This document shows positions 25,129-36,901 of a DNA stretch of 64,000 nt, piece by piece (the stretch's first letter is position 1; every line of letters begins with the position of its first letter). This stretch comes from Octopus vulgaris. Taxonomy: Eukaryota. Made by a program: the position numbers and the translations under genes. The notes under the pieces are model-generated. The model searched no databases, was not told the origin of the DNA, and was given only the letters and a program-made list of their open reading frames with translations. Location: NCBI GenBank assembly GCA_951406725.2, contig OX597830.1:70928001-70992000 (forward strand), written 5' to 3'.

Positions 25129-25232
25129 CTATATATGTATACAAACACACATGTATATATATATATATATATATATATACTTGTATGCACCCTAACTAAA
25201 TGACACATACACATGCACTCGCTCTCTGCGCC

Positions 25233-25285
<53 letters not shown>

Positions 25286-25681
25286 TTTTTCCTTATATGC
25301 ACTCAAATTAAACACCCAATAACTATTTATATAATCACGCAGTTGAAAATACAATGTATACATGTTTATACTAAACATGTACTGGATGCTTTGTAATTTT
25401 TGTATGTCAAAATATGTATATATATATTTTTTATGTTTCCTTTTCTTCGTTTATTTAGAATTATTACGGCAATCGCCAATATATAAGCTTTCCTCATGCA
25501 TGTACATAGATATATACATGCACACACACACACCACACACACACATATAAGGTTACACCTGTCTGTGGATTGAGCCCAGCCACTTGCATGTTAATTTCAC
25601 GAGCTGGCTATTCCGTTGATCGGATCAACTGGAACCCTCGTCATCGTAACCGCCAGGATATATATATATATATATATATAT

Positions 25682-25894
25682 ACTCTTTTATTTTTACTTG
25701 TTTCAGTCATTTGACTGCGGCCATGCTGGAGCACCGCCTTTTAATCGAGAAAATCAATCCCAGGACTTATTCTTTGTAAGCCTAGTACTTAACCTATCGG
25801 TCTGTCCCTTTTGCCGAACCGCTAAGTTACGGGGACGTAAACACACCAGCATCGGTTATCAAGCGATGTTGGGGAGACAAACACAGACATACAA

Positions 25895-25943
<49 letters not shown>

Positions 25944-26104
25944 CATATACGACGGGCTTCTTTCAGTTTCCGTCTACCAAATCCACTCACAAGGCTTTGG
26001 TCGGCCCGAGGCTATATTAGAAGACACTTGCCCAAAGTGCCACGCCGTGGAACTCAACCCGGAACTGTGTGGTTGGTAAGCAAGCTACTTACCACACAGC
26101 CACT
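25682..26104 (-). mobile_element. SINE family A
   Basis: Family match. Confidence 0.9.
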
Positions 26105-26842
26105 TGAGGGAATCGGTATATTACTGTTATTTTATATCTAATATTTCTATTATATGTAATTTTCTAGATGGTGTAATTTAATGGTTCATTTTGAATTGAT
26201 AAAAGGTGTTTTTTTCTAATTTATATATATGTATATATAAACACATTTATATACAAATATATATACATATTCATATACAAATATATATTTACGCATATAT
26301 ATATGTATATGTTTTTGTATGTGTGTATTAATCGTCAATTGGTGAGGTGGATACATCGTCAAAAAATACTGTCCATAATTTTGCAAGTTCAAATTTGGTC
26401 CTAGACGTCATAGGTGCGCCTGAATCAGTTACCTTGCTCCCGTCATTTCTTTCCTTCTTTCTTTCTTTCTTTTTTCTTTCTTGTCTCTCCCACCACCTGC
26501 CTATTCCTTCACTCCACTCCACTCCCCCTCTCTATCTGTGTCACTCTGGAAGAAATTGGCATTAGAAAAACTTGAGAAAAGATTTTTTTTCACAGGTTTA
26601 CAGGTGCCAGGCACAGGTATTTGTTACGAAGGCACCCTATTGGGAGACGGAGGGTCAAATATATGCCTTTTTAAGATTGCCTTCATCCATATATATATTT
26701 GGTCTAACTTTATATCCCGTAACTTAATGGTTTAACCACTAAACTCTTGATACAAGAGAAACCAGACAACAATATGTACTGAGATTCATATCATCATCTT
26801 CATCATCATCGTCATCATCATCATCATAATAATAATAATAAT

Positions 26843-26905
<63 letters not shown>

Positions 26906-27198
26906 AATTCTTGCAGGTTCTGTCTTGGCTATACTTCAGTGACTGAAATGAGTAAGCAAATTTACTCATACACAAACATATACCCGTGCACACACACCGA
27001 CAAAAAAAAAGTGGCATGCAAATGTGCTTATATATATTTACATACAAGCACAAGCACACACACACACACACACACAAATCTATATTCATTTATTCGTGTG
27101 TTCCTGTGAGCATAGGCATATATGTATATATATATAAATATGTACATTTTATACACATGTGTATACATATATGTATATAAATACACATATATAAATAT

Positions 27199-27241
<43 letters not shown>

Positions 27242-27539
27242 ACACACATATACACATATATATGTTATCATATGCACACTCGCATATTTCCGAAATATAA
27301 TATCCAAATATGTCGTTGACAAACCAAGGTGTTCGCTTCTCAGATTGCTGGATAAAGATATAAAAATATTGTAGATGGGGCGCCGATTATGGTAATAATT
27401 AGAAAATACAGCGCCCTTAGCGGTTAAGAGCACCTAGATGTATGTAGGGATACCCACTGTATTTAAGGATACATGTCTCTAACCTGTAGGTAGAAGGGAG
27501 AAGACAAAAAAAATAATTCAAAAAATTGTTATCAGTCGG

Positions 27540-28110
27540 TGCATAGATAACTGTGTGGTTAAGCTTGTTTTGCAGCCTAGTATTTTCGCGTTCACCTCCA
27601 CTGCGAGGCACCTTAGCATTGACCAATGGCTGTACCTGCAAACTTACGGTTCGGCAAAAAATGCGTTGCTCGTCCGTCGAAGCAAGGAGGACCATCTGGC
27701 AATCCTGGGGATCCTGGTGTCGAGGTTGGACTTTGCGGCTGCGTTGATGATTGATCAAACCAAGCCGCGCTAATAAGGTTCTCGGTTTCTGGGTCAATGC
27801 GGACAAGGATTAGTGGTAGTACATGGGGAATTTAATGGCCCCGGTTTTCCTGGTCTGTTTGCGTTGCTAAGCTGAAGCACTCCTGTTGACTTCGCAGGTT
27901 TGCATGGTGTTACAGACAGCTGACCATCATTTGCTTCTGTCCCGAAGTATCTGCTCTCATGTCACATGGCTGACGCTAAAGGCCTTCATGGACTTTTAAA
28001 GCGAAATTTATACATAAGTACTGGAGACAATTTGTTCCATTAAAAACATTCAAGGTGGTGTCCCAGCATGGCCGCAGTTCGATAACTGAAACAAGCAAAA
28101 GATCAAAGAT
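27540..28110 (+). mobile_element. Old SINE A interrupted by an RTE fragment
   Basis: Head and AACTTACGGTTCGGCAAAA at 27540-27660; tail CCAGCATGGCCGCAGTT...CTGAAACAAG at 28013-28110. Confidence 0.7.
27660..27995 (-). mobile_element. RTE (BovB-like) LINE 3' fragment, second RTE family
   Basis: Minus: EQILRDRSK*WSAVCNTMQTCEVNR...CPH*PR..(frameshift) RTLLARLGLINHQR, then 3' UTR ATGGTCCTCCTTGCTTCGACGGACGA. Confidence 0.75.
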
Positions 28111-28244
28111 TATTATCTACTAAATGTACAAATAAAGGATATTTTTATGAAATAATAGTTCTATATAATATCATACTAAATTAATTGTAAAATTATTATT
28201 GGTTCAAATTTGACACAAGGCCAGTATTTTCAGGGAAAGGGGTT

Positions 28245-28635
28245 AGTCATTTGAGTGCGGCCATGCTGGAGCACCGCCTTTAGTCGAGCAAATCGACCCC
28301 AGGACTTATTCTTTGTAAGCCTAGTACTTATTATATCGGTCTTTTTTGCCGAACCGCTAAGTTACGGGGACGTAAACACACCAGCATCGAATGTCAAGCG
28401 ATGGTGGGGGGGGGGACAAACACAGACACACAAACATATACACACATATACATATATATATACATATATACGACGGGCTTCTTTCAATTTCCGTCTACCA
28501 AATCCACTCACAAGGCTTTGGTCGGCCCGAGGCTATAGTAGAAGACATTTGCCCAAGATGCCACGCAGTGGGTCTGAATCCGGAACCATGTGGTTGGTAA
28601 GCAAGCTACTTACCACATAGCCACCCTTGCGCCTC
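28245..28635 (-). mobile_element. SINE family A, abutting a SINE B tail remnant (28195-28248)
   Basis: Family match. Confidence 0.9.
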
Positions 28636-28822
28636 TTGTAAATTATCTTTAAATAATATTTTTATATTTAGCATCAGTCCTGCAGTTAGTATCGAAACTG
28701 TGATGCTACGTATGTGATAAATGTAGCGTTTAAGAGAACATTTAGAGTTGGGAGGAAATATGACAAAATATATTTTAAAAATATGATATATATCATTAAA
28801 CTCTATACGAAATATTTCCAAC

Positions 28823-28980
28823 ATTGGTTTCAAATTTTGGCACAAGGCCAGCAATTTCGGAGCAGGTAGTAAATCGATTACATCGACCCCGAGCTCCCAG
28901 TGCTCAACTGGTACTTATTTTTATCGATCCTGAATGGATGAAAGGTCAAGACGACCCCGGTGGAATTTGAACTCAGAACG
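28823..28980 (-). mobile_element. SINE family B, 5'-truncated
   Basis: Family match. Confidence 0.85.
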
Positions 28981-29030
28981 TACTTAAAATTACTAAGTCT
29001 CTCTAAAGGAGATTACGGCAGCGTTACTGG

Positions 29031-29224
29031 AAATTAATAGTTATCGCCATACTTATATGGCAGTCTTATAAATATAAGACTAAAGCTGTCGCTGATTAGC
29101 TCCATGATGGACGCAGTTTGTGTGTCAAATAGCTAGCTTGAGGCGGTGGCCTCATGGAGCTAATCAGCGACAGCTTTAGTTTTATATTTATAAGACTGCC
29201 ATATAAGTATGTCAATAACTATTA

Positions 29225-29228
<4 letters not shown>
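29031..29228. repeat. Inverted repeat, about 75 bp arms, next to (TA)n
   Basis: CATACTTATATGGCAGTCTTATAAATATAA..CTAAAGCTGTCGCTGATTAGCTCCATGA and its reverse complement. Confidence 0.92.
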
Positions 29229-29264
<36 letters not shown>

Positions 29265-29751
29265 GATTACCTTTTGGAATGATTCGCGAAGATGTGGATT
29301 AGTTACCTGATTGGATTCATATCATACTCCTGCAATTTTCGTGGACTACGACTATATTGACTTTTAGATTATATATATAATTATCATAGTCGGGCATAAT
29401 TTTATTTTATATGCTTTTCTTTTTAAATTTTCAGTCAATTTAGTAACTGTAATAATCTGTTTTCGATAATTTTTAATCGATATTTATATACGTTTTCTGG
29501 GCAGGTGTGTATTTTATATTTCTTTATATATGATTTTTACCTGGTGTTTGTTTTATGTTTTCTGACATTTGAGAGCCATGGAATATATATAATATATAAT
29601 GAAGTGTAGAAGCGTGGATATATAAAGTTTGATAACCTGAATGCAATGTTTGTTCTTAAATTATATTACTGGCTCAATACCATTTGAGCACTTCTCTGCA
29701 ATCCTATATATATATTCGTCTTTTTCAATCGAAACAAAAATTTACTTCTTG

Positions 29752-29791
<40 letters not shown>

Positions 29792-29796
<5 letters not shown>

Positions 29797-29994
29797 GCTC
29801 CACGAGGCTCCGGCAGGGGGTGGTGATCCCTGCTGTACTCTTTCACCACTCTTTCTCTCACTCTTTCTTCTGTTGGCCTGCTCGCTTAGCCAGCGGGGTG
29901 GCGTCATTCGAAGACTAAAAAACCATGCGAACGCATTGTGACCAGCGATGTGTAACAACATCTGATGGTCTGGTCGGTCACGTGATCACGTGAT
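29792..29994 (+). mobile_element. 5'-truncated SINE with C/E-type body and a third tail type
   Basis: AAGCTCCACGAGGCTCCGGCAGGGG...CCCTGCTGTACTCTTTCACCAC as at 37608-37680, then an unrelated tail ending GGTCACGTGATCACGTGA. Confidence 0.8.
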
Positions 29995-30112
29995 ATATAT
30001 ATATACATAGATAAATATATGCATATATAGATGCACATATATATTTATGCATGTACAAGCAAACACATATTCACACATGTACACATATACTAATATTTAA
30101 TGAAAAATTCTT

Positions 30113-30325
30113 GTGACCTCGTGTGTACCGTTGGCGATACTTTTTCCTCTGTCTTCCCTTCTCTGGATCTTTCCTTCTCCTATGTTTCCGACGAAGAGCT
30201 CCGCTCGAAACGTTAAACCCTCTTTCTTCCCTTCCTTCCTGAGCGTCCAATAATACTAAATTTGTTGCATGTCCTCGCGTTGTTGTGTTTTATCTTTGTG
30301 TTTTCATGTCTGGATTACCTTTATA
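30113..30325 (+). mobile_element. Hammerhead-bearing short repeat (Penelope-like terminus), copy 1
   Basis: Homologous to 49619-49828; tail fragment at 24840-24906(-); ends in (TA)n. Confidence 0.75.
30184..30218 (+). ncRNA. Minimal type I hammerhead-like motif (CCGACGA core)
   Basis: GTTT CCGACGA A GAGC tcc GCTC GAAA CG TT AAAC; identical at 49690-49724. Confidence 0.6.
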
Positions 30326-30431
30326 TATATATATATAGTTGAGTATGGTCATATTTTGCCAGTTAAACACACGTACTATTGATCTTTACTTCTGCATTAT
30401 ATTATTTATCTTTCGTTTATCAAATTCTGTA

Positions 30432-30470
<39 letters not shown>

Positions 30471-30967
30471 CGGGAAGCTTTATGAAAATAGACAAAAGAC
30501 GAAGGCAGATTTACGGAAATAAACAAAAGACGAAGGCAGGTGGAATACAAACAAACAATTGTATTAGTATGGCGCTCAGGAATATATATGCATATATATG
30601 AAGAGAGAGTGAAAGAGACAGTGGCAGAAAGAAAAAAAGAAGTACAGATATAGATTGATAAAATGAAGAAGAATAATTAAACGAGATCAGAAGACTGATA
30701 TCAAATGTTAAAATTGTAAATGTATTAACGCATGCGCGCTACCCTAGCTTGCATCTATAACATATTTTATACTTTGTAACGCCGCGTATTGTCTTTTTAA
30801 AACTCCTTTATATTTTAATTGTTAATTTCATCACAAATATCTGCTTTCGGCCAGGCCAGAGTAGGTGGTCTTTAGTAAATAACCTCTTCACTTTTACCTC
30901 TTAACTCTCACTCGTATCTACCATTTAACTGCTGCCTTACTAGGGTGGAGCCTTCAAAGGTTTAGTC

Positions 30968-31286
30968 CAGTGATTTTCAAACATTTTTTTTTGCCTATGA
31001 AGCCCTGTGATTCGTTTTTATTCGGATGGATCCCTATAGCTATTCGATGTTACATTTTTATAATTAAATATTATTTGGGATTGTATAAAAAGTTGTTAAG
31101 CTATTTTGTGTACAGTAGAAGTATAACTGATTTATTACTCGTAATTTTTAACAACAAAATCATATATGGCACCCTAAGGATCATATGGACCCCTATAGGT
31201 CATATAGACCCCCTATAGGTCATATAAACCCCTATAGGTCATATAGACCCCCTATAGGTCATATAGACCCCCGTTGAAAACTACTG
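30968..31286. mobile_element. hAT-type MITE inserted in an old SINE A (about 30920-31650, minus)
   Basis: TIRs CAGTGATTTTCAA / TTGAAAACTACTG; flanks rejoin as SINE A GGTTTAGTC|GAACA. Confidence 0.7.
31170..31272 (+). repeat. 20-bp tandem repeat CCCCCTATAGGTCATATAGA, about 5 units, subterminal in the MITE
   Basis: Directly visible. Confidence 0.95.
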
Positions 31287-32004
31287 GTGTTCGTCGAACA
31301 TATTTACACTAGCACTTGTGTTGATTTTTTAAAAATCAGCTACTTATCCTATCAGATACTCTTGTTGAATCGCTAGATTACGGGGATGTAAACAAACCAA
31401 CAGCAACTTTCAAGCAAATGTGTGTTTGCGTGTGTGTGTGGAGACAAACACAAAGAGACACTCACTGGCATACACACACACACACACACACACACATACA
31501 CATACAACCACACATATTTCTATGTATGCTGGAAGTATTGATCAGTGTGGTGTCATTGTGGAAAACGCTTGCCCAAAGTGTCGTATTGTGGGACTGAACG
31601 CCATTAAGTTTCCTAATCAAGTTTCTTAACTACACAGCTTTGCCTACGTCTAAAGTGAAGCAAATAGAATCAATAAGGCGTAGGATAAAATGTTTTGAAT
31701 ACCGCAATGGACTTCAATTTTCATATTTTTGAATGTTGGCAAAATATATATTCGACCGTATACTGGTTCGATTCCAATGCATCTTTTCATAAATGATAAA
31801 AAGAAAAAGTAGGAAAAGTAAAAAAATTAGTTCTGTTTAACGTTTGTAGAAAGTTACTTTACTCTTTTTTTCATTGTCTCAGTCATTGGACAACTGCCAC
31901 GTTGGAGTATTGGAGCAATGCCTCGTAAGTTTAGTTCAACACATCGATTGCCTGTCTTGAAAAAAATTACTTTTAAGATCATGAGCAAGGGTTCGAACAG
32001 GATA

Positions 32005-32440
32005 ATATTGAATCCAAGTTTTCGTACGAGGCCGGCGATTTCTGAGGAGGTGGTCTCGTCGATTACATCGACTCCAGTAGTGATCTGGTGTTTATTTTAT
32101 CGATCCGAAGACGATGAAAGGCAAAAATGACCTCGACGGAATTTGAACACAGAACGTAAAGACGGACGAAATGCCGCAAAACATTTTGCCCAGCGTGTTA
32201 AAAGTTCTGCCAGCTCACCGCCTTCGCTCATAATAATATTGGTTTCAAATATTGGCACAAGTCCAGCAGGTTTGAAGAAGGGGCTTAGTCGATTACAACA
32301 CCCCCAGTGATCAACGGGTAGTAATTTTATTGACCCCGAAAGGATGAAGGGCAAAGTCGACCCCAACGGAATTTGAACTCAGAACATAAAGGTGGACGAA
32401 ATGCCCATTTTGCTAACGATTTTGCCAGCTCGTCGCATTC
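32005..32440 (-). mobile_element. Two adjacent SINE B copies (32005-32225, 32235-32440)
   Basis: Family match. Confidence 0.85.
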
Positions 32441-33159
32441 GATCATAATAATATTAATAAATGTCATGATCTTTAGGGTGGTGGTGGTGGTGGTGTTGGT
32501 AGTGGTGGATGTCATCATCATCATCACCACCAACATCATCATCATAGACGCGATCATACAAAAATTCCAGAGAGCACCTGACAAAACTCACTGCAAGATA
32601 TATAAATGTCTGTTTCCGTTTCCGTTATTGGCTCTTATCCCATTAGTATCAGCTAAGGCATCCATCTGCCTATCTTTCTGGGGTCGATAAAAAGAAGGGC
32701 CCTCAGGGATTCGTAATATAATCTTCAGGTTACACTTTTTCTTAAAATGGGAAAATTGGCTCGTCTTAAATGTTCGTTGGTATCATTTGTTGCTGGTACT
32801 ATCGTTGTTGTTATTGTTATTGGTACCATGATGTCACCGAATACTAAATCCTTATCGCATTTTATTTAGTAATGTTTGTCTAATCTCCGTCAATTTTCCC
32901 GAAAAAAAAAAATGCGTATATCTGTTGATATGTTCTTGTCTCGCGTTTATTATGGCAGAACATCAAAACAAATACACATTAAGAGTAAGAAATATGAACT
33001 ACTCAAGCTCCTCCGGCATACGACTATGAGCCAAAATTAAGCGGCAAATTAGAATAATACATAAGGAAGATATATTATGCATGGCTATGTGTGTCTGTGT
33101 ATGAAAAAAACCCGAAATAAATACCCCCACCCATACACACATGCACGCATATATACATA

Positions 33160-33395
33160 TTTGTTTCTTTACTACCCACAAGGGGCTAAACATAGAGGCG
33201 ACACACAAGAACAGACAACCGAATTTAAGTCGATTATATCGACCCCAGTGCGTAACTGGTACTTAATTTATCGACCCCGAAAGGATGAAAGGCAAAGTCG
33301 ACCTCGGCGGAATTTGAACTCGGAACGTAACGGTAGACGAAATACGGCTACGCATTTCGCCCGGCGTGCTAACGGTTCTGCCAGCTCGCCGCCTT
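33160..33395 (-). mobile_element. SINE family B (tail variant 1)
   Basis: TTTCTTTACTACCCACAAGGGGCTAAAC...GCCAGCTCGCCGCC. Confidence 0.9.
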
Positions 33396-33739
33396 ATATA
33401 CTTATATACATATATGCTCGCCGCATAATACATATTAATATATGTAAACCTCGGGCCGACCCAATCATTGTGACCAGAATCCTGTTGAGAGCGTGTATGC
33501 TTGTGTCTGTGATTGCCCCCTCCCATCACCAGCTTTTGAGAACCGGTGTTAGTGTATTTACGTCCCCGACCTCAATTAGTGATTTGGCAACAAGAAACCA
33601 ATAAGTACTAGATTCGCTACGTTCGATAAATCGTCCTAAAGACGATGCTCCAGCATGGCTGCAATACAATAACTGAAACATAAAGCATAAAAGATGAAAA
33701 AATATGCTGAAGATATTTTGTAAAGACTTCCAGATGCAC

Positions 33740-34795
33740 GTACTACCAGTTGAATCCTGCGCATACCCGATGATAGCAAGTTTTGCGGTTCATCAGGAGA
33801 GAATGCGCGCCGTTTCTGGGCCTTCCTATCGACGGCATTGTTGCTCACTGGTCCTAAGACAGGCGGGCTGGTAGAATTGTTAGCACGCCGGGTGAAATGC
33901 TTAGCCGTATTTCGTCTGCCGCTACGTTCTGAGTTCAAATTCCGCCGAGGTCGACTTTGCCTTTCATCCTTTCGGGTCGATTTAATAAGTACCAGTTACG
34001 CACTGGGGTCGATATAATCGACTTAATCCGTTTTCCTGTCCTTGTTTGTCCTCTCTGTGTTTAGCCCCTTATGGGTAGTAGAGAAATAGGTATTTCGTCT
34101 GTCGTTACGTTCCGAGTTCAAATTCCGCCGAGGTCGACTTTGTCTTTCATCCTTTCGATGTCGATAAATTAAGTACCAATTACGCACTGGGGTCGATGTA
34201 ATCAACTTAATCCCTTTGTCTGTCCTTGTTTGTCCTCTCTATGTTTAGCCCCTTGTGGGCAATAAAGAAATAAGAATTGTTAGCACGCTGGACGAAATAC
34301 TTAGCAGTATTTCACCCGTCGCTACATTCTGAGTTCAAATTCCGCCGAGGTCGATTTTACCTTCCTTGCTTTCGGGGTCGATAAATTAAGTAACAGCTGA
34401 GTACTGGGGTCGACGTAATCGACGATCCCCCTCCCACAAATTTCAGTCCTTGTGTCTATAACAGAAAGGATTATTGCTTACTGGTCCTACCTCACTGTGA
34501 TGAAGCTCTCCTTGCTAAATCAACTGGCTGCTAGGTTTCGCTCAATATTCTTCTAGCCATTGCTCGTCGTCTCTTTTTAACCATAATCCAGTGGCTTGCC
34601 TTTCCACTGTGGGCTGAATATCTCTCATGATGGTATTTGCTTTACAATTAGTTAGGCCTAGCAACAAAAAAATCGTCTTACTATTTGTCCAATGAATCTT
34701 CTACATCAACGCCGATTGGTAAATGCACAGCATTCCATATTTCTAATTAGCCCGTTGCATCTCTTGCTGTAATTTACTGCCAAACTTTTGCACAT
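33740..34795 (-). mobile_element. Decayed HERO/R2-group LINE 3' end (restriction-like endonuclease region), interrupted by a SINE B trimer
   Basis: Minus frameshifted translation V(G)CRRFIGQ ... KASHW / WLKRDDEQW, resembling EVGCRGF...AEKASxWLWLKR of HERO-type elements. Confidence 0.6.
33857..34473 (+). mobile_element. Head-to-tail SINE B trimer bounded by one 16-bp TSD
   Basis: TSD TTGCTCACTGGTCCTA 33841-33856 / TTGCTTACTGGTCCTA 34474-34489; units start about 33861, 34089, 34273. Confidence 0.9.
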
Positions 34796-35359
34796 GTATG
34801 TATGTCGGGAGTTCAATTCCCAGTGGCACATTGCGTCCTTGAGGAAGGCATTCTACTTCGCGTTGCTCCACCGGGTATAACATCCTGAGTTCAAGTATTG
34901 TCAATGTTAACTTGCTTTACATATACTTAGGGCCGATAAAATAAACTATTTACTAAGTATTAAGGTCGCTCATGACAGGCTGCACTTCAGCCCCTTCCCT
35001 CTAGTTTGTGACCCCCTGCCTGTCTTAAAAAAAATTAATTTTAAGATCATGAGCATGATTTCGAACAGGATAATATTGAATTCAAAGTTTGACACGAGGC
35101 CGGCGATTTCTGAGGAGGTGGTCTCGTCGATTACATCAACTCCAGTAGTGATTTGGTGTTTATTTTATACACAAGGACACATATGTCTGCATACGCCACA
35201 CACTTATATGCACACACAAAAAGTCACTTTATGTCTAAGAGAGATAAATAGACAGGTAGATAGATATATAGATTGAGTGATTGATTGATCGATTGATTGA
35301 TAGTGAAAACAATAACAGTAAAGGCAAAAATGCATAGCACATAACAATATGAACAATTG

Positions 35360-35900
35360 TAGTACTTAGCAAATCTAGGGGTCAGTATGGAATGGAAGTG
35401 TGTTAGATTGTGTTTAAGATAAAGAGGATAAATTTCAACAATATCCAGTAGATTATAGAGCTTATCGTTACTACTGAATCTTCTAATGACTAGCATTGCC
35501 TAGTAATCCAGTATTACAGTCGTAGGTGAATAGTCTTCTGAATGTTATTATTAATATTATTTAGGATTGTCTTACTAATCTTATCTTAGGTTTAGCTGGG
35601 TTAATTAAGTTGCATTCATGGTCAGATGCAAAGCTTCCTTATCGTCCTTCATCGTAATAAACGCTTGGCGTTTAGCGAACATTTCTAACTTTGTTCTCTG
35701 TTTTGCTTCATTAGCTAGTAAAACGCTTTCCCCTCAAATAACTACCCCCGCTAGGTGGGGGTTGTAGCTTGTCCAGTATTCAGTTGTATTATATTCTTCT
35801 TACTTATAAACCTGGTTTGTTACTTGTTGACCAATCAATAAGGTTTATGAGTTACTGTTTGCGGAGACGTTTAAAGTTAATTAGAATGTTACTCTACTTA
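35360..35900 (-). mobile_element. Decayed Penelope-like element reverse transcriptase
   Basis: Minus: FAKRQAFITMKDDKE...INPAKPKI...LLDIVEIYP...FAK, resembling PLE RT AFITLKDHK..CRLINPAKSEIG..FDIVEFYPSI. Confidence 0.6.
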
Positions 35901-36139
35901 AGGCATCAGCAGCTTGTTTCCTAATGGCTCACTTCTAATATTTTCACTTGCTATTTTTTCCTGATTCACATGTGTATTATATCATGTATAAAAAATATCC
36001 CAGCACATTCCTCCATTTTCAATAGAGGCAATGCTTATACAAAGATTAAGTAAATCGAGATACAAAGTCTTAAAGTCATCAATGGATCACAAATAAATTA
36101 AATTGGAAAATTTTTGTGGCAAAATCAAAATCTTATAGT

Positions 36140-36360
36140 AAACACCTCAGTGGCTTCTTGTGGGTCGCAGTTCACTCGTTACCTTTCTCTGGTATTTATG
36201 CAATGTTTCGGTTTTGATTCCTGGACCGGGATATGCGTTGCGTTCTTGAGCAAAAAACTTCCCTTCAAGGCTTGTAGAAATGAATAATTCTGCGACAGAG
36301 CGGCGTTCCGTCCGGGGAGGAATATATATGCCAGAGAAACAGGAAAACCGGTACTATCCT
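36140..36360 (+). mobile_element. Degenerate SINE D
   Basis: GATTCCTGGACCGGG..GCGTTCTTGAGCAAAA..CTGCGACAGAGCGGCGTTCCGTCC. Confidence 0.65.
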
Positions 36361-36526
36361 CCGTACGGAGAAATGTGGACTAACCAGCCTAAACTCACTT
36401 TTTTTTTACCAATATTTTTAACATAGGGAAATTATTTGTACAGGAAAATGTTTCATTATTTATTTGAATTGATGATGTTTGATTCCACCCGATATCAAGT
36501 TCTGTTTTAAAGAGAGAGAAAGTGGT

Positions 36527-36591
<65 letters not shown>

Positions 36592-36727
36592 GTATTGTGT
36601 GGTTGTACCATCTTTCCTTCTACTGGAAATATCAGCCAAATCTCCATCCGCTCATATACTTCCCCATCTTGTGAATATATATCTTCTTGAATAAGGATAT
36701 ATTAGATAATGTAGGCCTCAGTAACTC

Positions 36728-36785
<58 letters not shown>

Positions 36786-36901
36786 AGAGAGAGAGAGAGG
36801 TCCTGGATGGAATGGAGTTGTTCATGAATTCACTTGACCACACCTCATGTGTGCGGCGAAGCACCAGCAAAATCAGAAAGAAATATAAGCAGAAATATTT
36901 T

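Noticed and set aside
29127-29167. Hammerhead-like spacing on minus (TAGC TCCATGA GGC CACC GCC TCAA GCT A GCTA)
   Set aside because: Catalytic core bases absent; better explained as a simple hairpin
33785-33825. GAAAC...CTGATGA on minus in the HERO-like 3' UTR as a hammerhead
   Set aside because: No convincing stems I/II or NUH site
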